From Octopus vulgaris (lineage: Eukaryota), in assembly GCA_951406725.2 (NCBI GenBank), contig OX597815.1, positions 98,084,001 through 98,148,000 of the forward strand: a DNA stretch of 64,000 nt. The letters are read 5' to 3'. The notes below the pieces were generated by a model. That model searched no databases, was not told the origin of the DNA, and saw only the letters and a program-made list of their open reading frames with translations. Positions 1-13,058 of the stretch are shown piece after piece (position 1 is the stretch's first letter; the number at the start of each line of letters is the position of its first letter). A program made the translations under genes and the position numbers.

Positions 1-2020
1 ATCGTACGCCAGCAGCGCATTGATGACGCTACCATGAAAGTCTACTCGATTAAACACGATTTCTCCAGATGCCTTGCCACATTTGTCCAAACAACTCTTG
101 ATATTGTCCATCAAATGCTTTCTTTGCTTGCCTCTTGATCTATATTTCCCAAACTTCTGCTTCTTCAAGTGTGGCCATGATAAATGAGCTTTTGTTTTTT
201 CACAACATTCAGAAGTTGTTGTCTTTCACCTATTTGCATCACCCTTTCTTTTGTTTGATGATCATTATACAAGGCTTGTAACATTCTCCTATACACCTAC
301 ATTTAAAACGCAGTGATTATGTTGTCTTCAGAATTGTCCAGACTCCATGCATCGCAAGCATAAATACCTATTGGTCAAATGATCGTTGGCACTAGCTTTG
401 ACTTCAACTTAGTTGCAAAACTTTTGCTGGTCTAGATGTTATTAATCTTTTCCATGAACATTCTTGCCTTGGCTAGCCGTTTCCTAATTTCTTTCTTCCA
501 TATGGCTTTATCAGAGGTTTGGGCTCCAAGGTACTTGTACAATTCAACCTATTCAAACCTGTTACTGTCCAGTTTGATGTTAATATTTTCTTTCTCTTTT
601 CCAGCTAATATGACTTTTGTTTTCTTATGGTTGAGATAAAGACCATACTTATTTGATATCTTCTCGACTCTATCATCTTTTGTAATCCGTCTTCAGTCTT
701 GGCATGTAGAGCAGTATCATCTGCATACCTTGTATTAGAAATAGGCAAGCCATGTATTTTGATGTCAACTTCTTCCTGTATGGCTTCTCGCATTATCTAT
801 TCAGTGTAGATGCTGAACAAACATGGAGAAAAAAAAATACAGCCCTGAAGAACTTCGTTCCCATTTTTGAACTTCTTGTGTTTTCATTACTTATTCGAAT
901 ACAGGACCAATGCTAAATGTAAAGCTGCTTCATGAACCTAATAATTTATTTTGGAATGCCGCGCTACATGTGGATATAGATTGCTAAGTCAAAGGCCTTT
1001 CTGTATTCAATGTAGCAAAGGAAAAGTTGTAAGGTTGTGTGCTCATGTTTTTCGTAAAATTGTATGGTGATTGTGCAAATGATATCTTGTGCCACGTCCG
1101 TTTCTAAAGCCAACCTGTTCATTTGTCTGTTCCTGTTCGAGGGACGGTTTCAAACGTTCTAGGTTTTTGACACAGTACTTTACTTGCATGTGGTATCAGA
1201 GCGATCGTTCGATAATTCTCACACACAAGTAGGTGTCCGTCTTTGTGCATTTATACATATTCTGCTGTGCACAAGTCTGACGGCTACATTTCTCCTCTCA
1301 AGACCTCGCAGCAGAGGTTGTAGAGTAATATTACGGCATTATCTCCTGCAACCTTAATCGCTTCGGTTGGTACTACAACTAGACCTGGTGCTTCCTCGTT
1401 CTTTATCTTTTCCAGAGCTCTTTCTACCTCACCTCTTAGTAGTTCAGGTTCTTTCTCATACCTTAAATCTGTATCAACCGTGCCGACATTTGGATCCCTG
1501 TCATACAAATTCTTGGTGTACTCTAACCGTCATTACCTTACCTGTCGTGCTCCTGTTAGGAATCTTGTGATTTGATTCTGCCTGTCTTTTCAGTGTATTA
1601 TCATTTGAATTTCTTCATCTATTGGAAAAGACATTTCGAGTTATTGCGTTTTGCTTGTTCGTCTAGATTTTCGCACAAATTGTTTATGTAAGTGCTTTTA
1701 TCGTTCAGATATTCTTGTTTAACTTATTTGTTGATCTTTTTTATTTCTTGATCTTTTTTATTTGTTGATCTTTTTTAATGTCCTCCCTTTTCCAAAAAGC
1801 GCCATAGTTGGTACGGTTATCCATGGCCGCTTTTTGATATTCTTTCTTTTCCGTAAGTGTATTTCGGCAGATTCAAGAATTTCATTTTCCCTCAATTGCC
1901 ACATATCGTGTGCGCTTTTCCCTTCTTGCATCTTGAGTAGCGTTTCGAACCTGTTACTGATATCTACCGTCTATTTTTTTATTGAGATTTTCGACGTCGT
2001 ATCGTAGCGGGTGGAGAATT
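1..2020 (-). mobile_element. Decayed RTE-clade LINE (endonuclease-RT linker, RT and C-terminal region), many stops and frameshifts
   Basis: Minus-strand fragments EPELLRGEVERALEKIKNEEAPG (1284-1508), CENYRTIALIPHASK (~1180-1225), PISNTRYADDTAL (605-793) and RGKQRKHLMDNIK near 100-135 are typical RTE ORF motifs. Boundaries approximate. Confidence 0.85.
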
Positions 2021-2637
2021 CCTTTTCAAGGAAACATACAATAAACAAAAATATGAATACAAACATGCAAACGCCCACAAATACGTATGTTCATACATAT
2101 ACACATTCACTCAACCACACACAAATGCTCACAGATGTACGCAAATAAAAACATGCATCCTACTTCATTTTTTTATTCTTGTAGTTGATGTGTCACTGCA
2201 ACGTTATTTATAACTCTGGTAAACAGTGATGAATGGCGTTCAAACCGTGACTAATATGGCATATTAAAAAAAAAACAGACGTTCCATCACTACTGAGACG
2301 TAGGGCCTCTCAAGTCAAAGTGGATACAAACTGAATTACAGCAATTGTGTAAATACGTAAAACATTCCAGAAGTTTAGTATGTCATAAATCCATTTACAA
2401 ATAAGTTGAGATGCAAACATACATATATATATATGCATAGAGGCTGAAGAAATGCATCGAGATCTAGGCATGCAACGATAACCATGCTTACATACATACA
2501 TATGCATATACACACACTCATATATATATACAAACATACACACATAAACGTGTGTATATATTATTTGTGGCTATTTCGGAATTATACAGTCTAAGGGCAG
2601 AAATATATACGTCACTAAAGTGACAAAGGTCACTAAT

Positions 2638-2807
2638 CAGTACCAGTATTGCTAGAAATAAGAGTCAGAACAACTCAATAGCCACAGAAGCACTATCTTA
2701 TTGACTGATAAGGGAGGCAAGCTCCCTACGGCAGCAGATATAGCACTATAGAGATTCTGTAGCTATTGAGTTGTTTTGACTCTTATTTCTAGCAACACTG
2801 GTACTGA
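2638..2807. repeat. Fold-back element with ~52-bp inverted arms
   Basis: cagtaccagtattgctagaaataagagtcagaacaactcaatagccacagaa versus ttctgtagctattgagttgttttgactcttatttctagcaacactggtactg: 3 mismatches, ~65-nt spacer. Confidence 0.85.
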
Positions 2808-3099
2808 GGTGTTGAAGAGTATTGAAGAGAGGCAGAAATAGCCCAAAACTAGGCTGGTCTGCTGGTCCCGTCGCTAGAAGGGGTAAGGGTTCGCTTCCCT
2901 GCTCGCAATACATTGGATGCAGCTGTGCATCGTTAACCAACTGGATGAGATGTTCTTCTGGGGTTAAAAATCGCAGTAGGGTCCGTTCGAGCGGAGCGGC
3001 CATGTTGAGGTGGCTACGAATATTAATTGCAAGTACAACTACTACGTTCATCTCTTTAAAAAAATTAGAACTAGCTTTTTTTGCTTGTTATATATATAT

Positions 3100-3175
<76 letters not shown>

Positions 3176-3306
3176 AGAGCCGCTCCCGGCTATTAGCTAC
3201 CCTCATCTCTGCTTCTTCCTTGTTTTTATCTATTTAAAGACATACCAGCGAAAACCATGAGTTTCCTATTGTTATTATAACTATTTTCTTCATATATATA
3301 TATATA

Positions 3307-4091
3307 CTAGCAGCATAGCCCGGCGTTGCCCGGGTATGTAAGAGCCCCTAGTAGGCAACGACTAATCCCAATCTAGTCCTTTCCCTCTAGGGAACGAAGG
3401 CGCATGTGTAGGTTGCAATGTCTTCTCTTCACTCCCAAATAACTATCAAACAGCTATCGATAATTCAACCCAACCAATTCCTACCAGGAAGAAATTACAT
3501 TCGAGACTTTACCCCCAACACCGCCACTTCTGCTAATAGCTGCTGCAGCCGCAAGTTATTCGAATACTTTTTTTGTTTACACTTTCATTATAACTACCAC
3601 CCCAAACGTTTTACCTTAATTGTTGACGTACCCTAAGGGTCCTCGGACGCTACTTGCAAACTCTTGGTTTATTATAAACCGCTTTTGTCGTGTGCATCAA
3701 AAAACCTTTTCCGTTCGTTTGTTCAGTTTGGTCACTTTTGACTTTTTCGTTGTTGTCACTCACATTGCTGCCCGCTTTTTTGCCGTTTTTGTACATTTTT
3801 ATACATTTTGGGATACTTACCCCACGTGTTCCGAGAGTTAAAAAGGTCGAGTTGCGTCCCCTAGACAGTCTGTAGAAAATGTGTTGCATATAAAAAGGTT
3901 AGATTCTCGACCCATGTCGAATTTATCGATTTTTTTTTCAGAACTGGAGGAACTTTTCAAAATTTTCGCTGCGTTAGTTTTGAATTAGGACATTGGGCTA
4001 CGTGTGTGTCAAGTTTCATCAGAATCGGTTGAAAGCCGGGGTCAGGATGAGGGTACAACCTGACAGACACACAGCCACACAAACTGCCGTT

Positions 4092-4100
<9 letters not shown>
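3307..4100 (-). mobile_element. Non-autonomous Helitron (Lep1-like architecture)
   Basis: The minus strand ends CCCGGGCAACGCCGGG (hairpin, 3319-3334) + 8 nt + CTAG (3307-3310), followed by T. The other end has aagtttcatcagaatcggttgaa and a gacagacacac tract, as in Lep1-type Helitrons. Both ends lie in (TA)n. Confidence 0.75.
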
Positions 4101-4132
<32 letters not shown>

Positions 4133-4559
4133 GAGTTGCATATGTGTTTACAGATATACAGATACAGACACGAAATATATGAGTCAAAATAAATTGGTTA
4201 TGTTTTTCTGGATTGTTATATTTTGTCTTATTCTAAATGTAATTACTCCATCAGGGCATTTCACTCAATATATTTATGAAAGCATTGACTCATTTAAGAG
4301 AGTTAAAAATTATCTTTGGAGTAAAATGAAATAAAATAACAGAGACCTAAGCAAAAATTACGTGTAAGAAATATGCATGAGCGGTTTTGTGTGTGTATGT
4401 GTGTGTAATAAACAATCGGATGACACGCGAACAAGTTTTGTGGTAGAGTTTTTTTTTTCTATTCATGCTGAAGATTTATGTATATCGGTGTGAAAAACGA
4501 ACTGTAAACGATGAAGTGGAGTCTTAACTTCGGAAAAAGAAAACATAAATAAACTGCCT

Positions 4560-4958
4560 TACTCTTTTACTTGTTTCAGTCATTTGACTGCGGCCATGCT
4601 GGAGCACCGCCTTTTAGTCGAGCAACTCGTCCCCGGGACTTATTCTTTGTAAGCCCAGTACTCATTCTATCGGTCTCTTTTAGCCGAGCCGCTAAGTGAC
4701 GGGGACATAAACACACCAGCATCGGTTGTCAAGCAATGCTAGGGGGGACAAACACAGACACACAAACACACACACATACATATATATATACATATATACG
4801 ACGGGCTTCTTTCAGTTTCCGTCAACCAAATCCGCTCACAAGGCTTTGGTCGGCCCGAGGCTATAGTAGAAGGCACTTGCCCAAGGTGCCACGCAGTGGG
4901 ACTGAACCCGAAACCATGTGGTTGGTTAGCAAGCTACTTACCACACAGCCACTCCTGC
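4560..4958 (-). mobile_element. tRNA-derived SINE, family B (full length, internal microsatellite)
   Basis: Minus-strand head GGAGTGGCTGTGTGGTAAG (box A) ... GGTTCAGTCCC (box B), CCTTGGGCAAGT CORE-like segment, internal CA/TA tract, tail ...gactgaaacaagtaaaagagt. Many homologues in the window. Confidence 0.85.
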
Positions 4959-5247
4959 AAACATAGGTACATTATATACGGGGGAGAGTTATTTGTCCAC
5001 ACACCAATATGGAAGAACACAATGTTACAATTAGAATAGGGACACTTGTTAGTTTTCTTTAAAACCATGGCCAGATGTTACGACTCTCATCTCTTCAGAA
5101 ACGACTAAAATATACGTAGGAATGCTTATATACAAAGGTGATTCTGGTGGAGCAAAGCCTAACATAATGAACGCTGTATCAATAGTAATACGAATAATCA
5201 TTATGATAGTACTACCGCAGGCACACATACACAAATATGTGTGTGTA

Positions 5248-5279
<32 letters not shown>

Positions 5280-5472
5280 CGTGTTTGTGTGTGTGCGTGC
5301 GTGTTATGTGTGGGTGTACATAGACGCGTTCATGCACACACACACACTCACACACAAATATATATATATGAATATACAAGTAGCACACACATACATTCAT
5401 TCAGACGAGAAAATACTATTCGAAAGACAAATATTACCAAACAGCAACATGAAGGAAATGAAGAGAAAATAA

Positions 5473-5473
5473 C

Positions 5474-5562
<89 letters not shown>
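5473..5562. repeat. (AAT)n microsatellite
   Basis: Direct reading. Confidence 0.95.
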
Positions 5563-5564
<2 letters not shown>

Positions 5565-6035
5565 TGAAACTGTCACCATTTTCTGTGCTAATGATTGCAC
5601 TAATTTATGCTTGTTTCTAAATAAAGACGAACTTTATTCTTTTATTATTATTTTTATTATTTTATAGGATTTTCTTCTTGTTTCTCCTGATAATTGAAAT
5701 CTTTTTCCTATTCTATTTTTCCTGCTCTATCTCTAATAAATAAGCAATGTAGTTTGTCTCAGTTGACCAAGTGTGCGTAGTTTACGATATAATCTTGCTA
5801 TTTTTCTTGATTTTCCACATATTTGTATAATATCACATACTGAAGACTCTTCTTCGAATTGGTTTTCTTGGTTTTCTATATAACTTTTCGACTGACTCGA
5901 ATTTTTGATTTTCGATATTTTTTTTACTTTTCTTCTTTCATATATTTCCCTCACGTATATTAAGTTTTAAACGGGTTTTTGATTTTAAAAAATAAAACGG
6001 CAGACAACTTTCTTTTTTGTCAAGGGAATTTCTAC

Positions 6036-6103
<68 letters not shown>

Positions 6104-6106
<3 letters not shown>

Positions 6107-7807
6107 TCCCCAATACACTTTATCGGACATAACATTTGGAGCTCCTGATGTCCTAGCAGCAATAAAGGAAATGAAGCATAATTCAGCAGTAGGTCCCGAT
6201 AGGTTCCCTGCTTGTGTCTTGAAGATGTGTCAAAACCAACTTGCACCCCCTCTAGCCAATCTGTGGCAGAACTCACTGGATGCTGGATATATACCAGAAG
6301 ACCTTCTATCCCAGTCTGTTGTCCCAGTTTTCAAAAAAGGAAACAAATCGCTTGCCGTGAATTACCGTCCAATCTCACTCACCTCTCATATCATCAAGGT
6401 ATTTGAGAGGGTGCTGAGATCGCGTATGACTCACTTCCTTGAGAGTCATAATATGCTGAACCCCAACCAGCATGGATTCCGTAATGGGAGAGATTGCCTG
6501 ACGCAGCTACTGCATCATTTTGATGACATTTTGAGAGCCTTGGGAGAAGGTTCCAACACTGATGTCATCTACCTTGATTTCAGCAAGGCCTTTGACAGGG
6601 TTGATCATAAGATCCTTCTGAGAAAGCTGTCCAATATTGGTGTCACTGGAAAGCTGCTGCAGTGGATCAAGTGCTTCCTGTCTAACAGAACCCAACATGT
6701 TGTAGTCGAGGGAGTCAAATCCAGCCCAGCCAAAGTCAGCAGTGGTGTCCCACAAGGCACTGTGTTGGGCCCACTTCTCTTCATCATCTACATAAATGAT
6801 ATTACTGACACCATCAAACACAGTAACATCAGAACCTTCGCTGATGATTCCAAGCTCCAGAAGGTCATCAATGGCGTGGATGACCGAATAAACCTTCAGT
6901 CAGACCTACTGGCTGTTGTCCAATGGGCGGAAAAGAATAACATGTTGCTAAATGAAGACAAGTTCGAACTGATCCACTTTGGAAGGAGGACGCTCTGAAA
7001 CTCCCATACTCTCTTCCTTCTGGAGAAATTCTCATGGCATCCAACAACATCAGAGACTTGGGAGTAACAGTGGACAACAACATAAGCTGGGCTACACATA
7101 TAAGCAGCAAAGTTGACATGGCCCGCAGAATGTGTTCCTGGATTCTCAGAACCTTCCAGTCGAGAGATTCCCACGCTATTATCCTTCTCTTCTCCACTTT
7201 TGCCCGACCCCACCTTGAATACTGCTGTCCACTGTGGTCTCCCTACACAAAACAAAATATTATGAGAATTGAAGCTCCCCAAAGGTCAATCACAAAAAAG
7301 ATAGATGGCATGTCAGACCTTGACTACTGGGGTAGACTAGAGAAGCTGAAATTGTATTCACTCCAACGACGCCGTGAACGCTACATTATCTGTATGATGT
7401 GGAAAATATTCCATCAGCACTGTCCGAATGATGTTGGCATCACCTTCAAAATACATCCAAGGCTTGGACCACGTGCCATCCGTCCACAACAGAAATCTAA
7501 ATCGCATCACATAACGACAATACGGCACAACTATTTCACCTCAATTGGACCCGCTCTCTTCAACATTACACCAGGATACGTCAAAAAAGATACTGACCAC
7601 ACAAAATTCAAGAAGTCTTTGGACAAATTCCTTCAAACAGTACCGGACAAACCACCCACACCCGGATATGTCTCCGCAAACAATAACTCTCTGCTCGAAT
7701 GGGCCTTGGTGCCCAAATCCTGAACTGAAAGACTTCGCCAGGTGGTGCTATTAAGTTAGACATGGCCTGGGCCAATACTGGCCAAAACCTTTCTAAGTTA
7801 TTCTAAG

Positions 7808-7810
<3 letters not shown>
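6104..7810 (+). mobile_element. 5'-truncated CR1/L2-group LINE, RT domain to 3' end, one frameshift near 6985
   Basis: RT motifs YRPISLTS, QHGFR, YLDFSKAFD, GVPQGTVLGPLLF, FADD (ORF to 6998), continuing in ORF 7034-7723 (RDLGV, RPHLEYC, LYSLQRRR). Short 3' UTR ending (ttctaagtta)x2. Flanked on both sides by (TA)n. Confidence 0.93.
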
Positions 7811-7843
<33 letters not shown>

Positions 7844-8539
7844 GTGTGTGTGTGTGTGTGTGTATGAATGTATACATATATGAATCTATGTGTATATACA
7901 TAAATATATGCATACATACATACATACATATATATATATATATATGTATATACACAGATATGTATATGTACATATGTATGTATGTATGTACGTATGTGCA
8001 TGTATATGTGTATGTGTATTATATATATATATGCATATATGTATATATATACATATTTATATGTGTATATACATTTGTCCTGGGATTTCTAAAATCTACC
8101 AATATATTAAGCTCTAAACATCTCTTTCGTTTCGTCTCTGTTTTTGTTTGTTTTTGATATCGGGCTCCATAATTATTCCGATTTTCTTTTTTTTTTTTCT
8201 TTGTTTGTTTGTTTTCTATTTTACTGAGCTTATTGTCGCTGCTGCTACCACCATTATTAGGTTACTGTTTTTGTTATTGTTATTGTTGTTCTTGTTTTGT
8301 GTCGGTAGTTTTGCTGTTTTGCTTTATATTTCGTTTTCTTTTTTATTTCAGCTCCACTACACATTCCTTCTTCAGTGTCTCATCTTGTCCTTTTTCTTTC
8401 TATACTATACTGAAGTTGATTTTCTTTTTTTTTTTTGCTCTTCTCTTGCTGTCTTTTTCTTCTTATATTATTGTTGTTCTCATACTCTTCCGTTAACTTT
8501 GTCTTTATTTTCTTTATTTAATTCGTCATATCCTTTTTT

Positions 8540-8771
8540 CTCTTTCTTCTTTTTTCTGCAACTTCACCTTTCTTCTTCTTCTTCTTCTTCTTCTTCTTCT
8601 TCTTCTTCTTCTTCTTCTTCTTCTTCTTCTTCTTCTTCTTCTTCATTTTCTTCTTTCTTCTTCATCATCATCATCATCATCATCTTCTTTTTCTTTTTCT
8701 TCTTCCCTTCCTTCTTCAACTTGTCCTCCATTTAATTTTGTTGTTGTTCTTCTTCTTCCTTTTCTTCTTTG

Positions 8772-8802
<31 letters not shown>

Positions 8803-9310
8803 CTTCTTCTTCTTCCCTTCCTTCTCCAGCTTGTCTTCCATTTAGTTTTGTTGTTGTTCTTCTTCCTTTTCTTCTTTGACTTCTTCTTTTTCTTCTTCTT
8901 TTCCCCGTCTTCTTCCTCCGCATCCTTTCTTCTCTCTTCCATCTTATATTTCATTCTCATACTGTCTAAATCTCCATTCCTTGTGGAATAGATATTTTAA
9001 TCATTCGATAACAAATGCAATTAACAATAATGAAATTTAACAATCAAATATGTTTTGTCTTGTGAAATATTTTATTACTAGCAAACCATCAAACTAATAC
9101 TGAGATCAATATTTTGTTCTATTTTTCAATTTCGTTTAGGATAACCATAATCATTTCATTCTGTTATCACCTTCATCGTCGCCGCCGCCGTTGGCTTCGT
9201 CGTTATCATCACCATCATCGCTGCCATGGTCATCGTTGTTATCATCATTCTTATCGTCGTCGTCGTCGTCATCGTCATCAAACTCCTCCTCATCATCATC
9301 ATCATCATCG
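8540..9310. repeat. Compound (TTC)n/(CAT)n/(CGT)n low-complexity tract with a ~110-bp internal duplication
   Basis: Direct reading; cttgtc(c/t)tccattta.ttttgttgttgttcttc occurs at ~8720 and ~8830. Confidence 0.9.
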
Positions 9311-9327
9311 TCAGTAACAATAATATC

Positions 9328-9555
9328 TATTTGTTTACTACCCACAAGGGGCTAAACACAGAGAGGACAAACAAGGACAGACAAACGGATTAAGTCGATT
9401 ATATCGACCCCAGTGCGTAACTGGTACTTATTTAATCGACCCCGAAAGGATGAAAGGTAAAGTCGACCTCGGCGAAATTTGAACTCCGAACGTAACGGCA
9501 GACGAAATATGGCTACGCATTTCGCCCGGCGTGCTAACGTTTCTGCCAGCTCGCC
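9328..9555 (-). mobile_element. tRNA-derived SINE, family A monomer with 17-bp TSD
   Basis: Head GGCGAGCTGGCAGAAACG, box B GAGTTCAAATT. TSD tcagtaacaataatatc at 9311-9327 and 9556-9572. Confidence 0.9.
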
Positions 9556-10171
9556 TCAGTAACAATAATATCATCATCGTCGCCGACATCGTAACCTCGA
9601 CCGCGACAGCAAGCACCAGCCGTAGCAGCATCAGCACAACCACCATCACCACCACCACCACCACCACCGCCGCCGCCGCCCCAACAACAACAACAACAAA
9701 ATAGTATCAATAACACGACAACAATAGCAACAACAACTACCATCACTGTCACCGTAACAATATTCACCCTCCTCATCATCACTATCATATAATAATCATG
9801 ACCGTTCATGATTGTTCATAATAGTTCGTCATCGTCGTCATCATCGTCGTAGTCGTTACTAACATCACCATTATAATCACCACAAACTTTCGCCATTCTT
9901 TGCAGTACTCATTAGAATCATCATTGCTGTGGTCACCATCTTCAGCAGCAGCGTCATTATTTTTCATCTACCAACATCACCACGACCCTATTACATTATA
10001 CTCTTTTACTTGTTTCAGTCATTTCTATAATCAGCCATAAATAACAAAGCAAAACCTACTGCCCCATATTCAACATTATAATATTCTTATTATTTTCATC
10101 ATCATCGTCGTCGTCGTCATCGTCATCAAACTCCTCCTCCTCCTCCTCCTCCTCCTCATCATCATCATATT

Positions 10172-10317
10172 TTGGAGCACCGCCTTTGGTCGAGTAAATC
10201 AACCCCAAGACTTATTCTATCGGTCTCTTCTGCCGAACCGCTAAGTTACGGGGACGTAAACACACCAGCATCGGTTGTCAAGCGATGTTGGGGGGACAAA
10301 CACAGATACACACACAC

Positions 10318-10374
<57 letters not shown>

Positions 10375-10484
10375 AGTCAAAAAGAGGGTGAAAAAATTGG
10401 ATATTAATTTAATAACATCAATTTAAACACCAGTGGCCTAGCGTATAAAAGACTGAGATTCAGTAAATATTATTCTCTCTTATA

Positions 10485-10537
<53 letters not shown>

Positions 10538-10757
10538 CATACATACATACATACATACATACATACATACATACATACATACATACATACATACGACGGT
10601 CTTCTTTCAGTTTCCGTCTACCAAATCCACTCACAAGGCTTTGGTCGGCCCGAGGCTACAGTAGAAGAGACTTGCCCAAGGTGCCATGCAGTGGGAATGA
10701 ACCCGGAATCATTTGGTTCGTAAGCAAACCACTTGCGACACAGCCACTCCTGCACCT
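10172..10757 (-). mobile_element. SINE family B, interrupted in its internal microsatellite by a ~110-bp insert
   Basis: Tail half 10172-10310 and head half 10593-10757 match the 4560-4958 copy; non-SINE sequence at 10375-10485. Confidence 0.85.
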
Positions 10758-11305
10758 ATGGTAATAATAGTTTCACTTTAGTCTTAGGTATCTGTTCCAT
10801 ATATTGCAAGCTGCGAACTGAAACAGATGCAGGTGGGTGATTATGTCTTTTATATTTTACTTGGTTCAGTCATTGGACGACGGCCATGTTGGGCATCGCT
10901 TCAAATGGTTTAGTCGAACGTATCGACCCCAGTACTTTTTCTTTAAGCCTGTACTTATTCTATCGACCGCTTTTGTCGAAGAGGTAGACAGGTTTTATAA
11001 GGTGCCTTGTGTCTCAAAGCAAATCCTCAAGCTCTGAGCACGTTGCTTGTTCAAGCTGGAAATCAGGACGCTGGTAGATGAGAAACCATGACAAAACAAA
11101 AAAAAGAAGAAATTAGATTGAGAAAACAAAAGAGAATAAAAAATGAATAAAGAAGAAAAAAAGAACCATAGAAGTCATAAACTAGTTGCTGTAGAGTAAT
11201 TCAACAGAAAGGTGTTCAAAGTCTGTGCGACAATTGCTCGTTACAAAACCTGTGTAACTACGTATCTTATATACATACATATGTGTGGGCGTGTGTGCGT
11301 GCACG

Positions 11306-11349
<44 letters not shown>

Positions 11350-11542
11350 TATATTAACATATATATGTATATATAAATAGATGTGTGTATTTTTCCCTTG
11401 TTTACAATTAACACAGAAAAAAGAGATAAACAGTTACCAATGATATCTTCGAAACATGTGTCGGAAGTGAAAGAATTTGAATAACACTTGCGTTTAACTC
11501 CATTTATTTATTTTTATGTATATGTATGTATGTATCTATCTG

Positions 11543-11639
<97 letters not shown>

Positions 11640-12873
11640 TGGCACTGAAATTAACGGTGCAAGGGCTGAGCTCTCCACAGACCCGTGTACATTTACACAT
11701 GAAGTTTATGATATACACGAAATTTATATTTACATGATATATATACACACACAAACATGCACACGTATACGCACACAGAATGAAAGAGAGAGAAAGGGAG
11801 AGAGAGATGTATGTGTCGGTTCGTGCGTATGTATGAGTTTGTGTTTTTGTGCAAAAATTGGATTCTAAATTCGTTCTTAACTAACTGTTCTTTGAATGAA
11901 GTGTGACAATGCGCTTCATCGAAACTTGTGCCGTAACATACTTTTCAGGACAGCCTAATGTCCTACTGTTTGCGATAAAATTCATCAAATGAGCATAGCC
12001 CATCACTTGTTCTTCAGCTCATATGAAGGTAGACAATCCTAATAGCCCTATTAGATATAACAGTGAAATTTTTTCTTGTAAGAACACTAACACTGGAACC
12101 CTTATATATACGACGTAAAACCGATTGTATATGAAATCAAGCTTATCTTAGTCATGACATATAATGTCAGTTGGAAAGATGTGTTTAGAATTGAATTTCG
12201 CTACTTTCTCGCTGTTTCTCAATCAGCCAAGTGCGGCGTTGATAAACGTAGGGTGTGATCACTCTCAGCATGTCTTTGTTTTGGGTATTTTTGTTGTTAT
12301 TTTTGCCTTATTTTAAATAAAGAATGGTTGAAAATGGTGGGCTAGTATCCACTTCTCATAGAAAAATCGATATGCTTCTTTGAAAAAGACAAATCATTCC
12401 GATGTATAGTAGAGTCTAAAACGGAAGTAAAAAAGCATGTACTGACGTTAGATACAACAACCAGGCCTCCATTGCATTATGAAATGTACAATCGACCTTG
12501 GTGTGATTTGAACGTAAACTGCAAGCTGGTGAGTAAAAGAAAAGCACCAAAAGCGTAGAGAGCAAAATATAGCAAGGCATTCAGCCATTTCTGGCAGAGC
12601 ACGGCCTCTCAGGAAAAGAGAGACGAGGAGGAAGAAGAGGAGAAGAAATATAAAGGATGTATGCATGTCATTGGAAAAAGGGGGCAGTAATTAAAATGTG
12701 CGTTAGGTGATGTTGTTGTAGTAAGAGAACAAACAAGAAACAGTGTACGCTCTCACATCTGCAGAGGTGAATATTGTGTGCTTCATAATAATGTAGATTA
12801 TTTGTACACGACACTTAACCATATTTGTTCTTTCGTCTTCTTTCTATTTTTGTAATCCAATTGATTATGGACT

Positions 12874-12935
<62 letters not shown>

Positions 12936-13025
12936 TCAACATCATCGTCTAGATATTTGTTTCCCAATAGTTCTATATAATTATACCTTTTATATATACA
13001 TACAAGTATACATATACACACATAT

Positions 13026-13058
<33 letters not shown>

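Noticed and set aside
5060-5105. Minus-strand CTGAAGAG...GTAAC hammerhead
   Set aside because: GAAA is absent and stem I does not pair.
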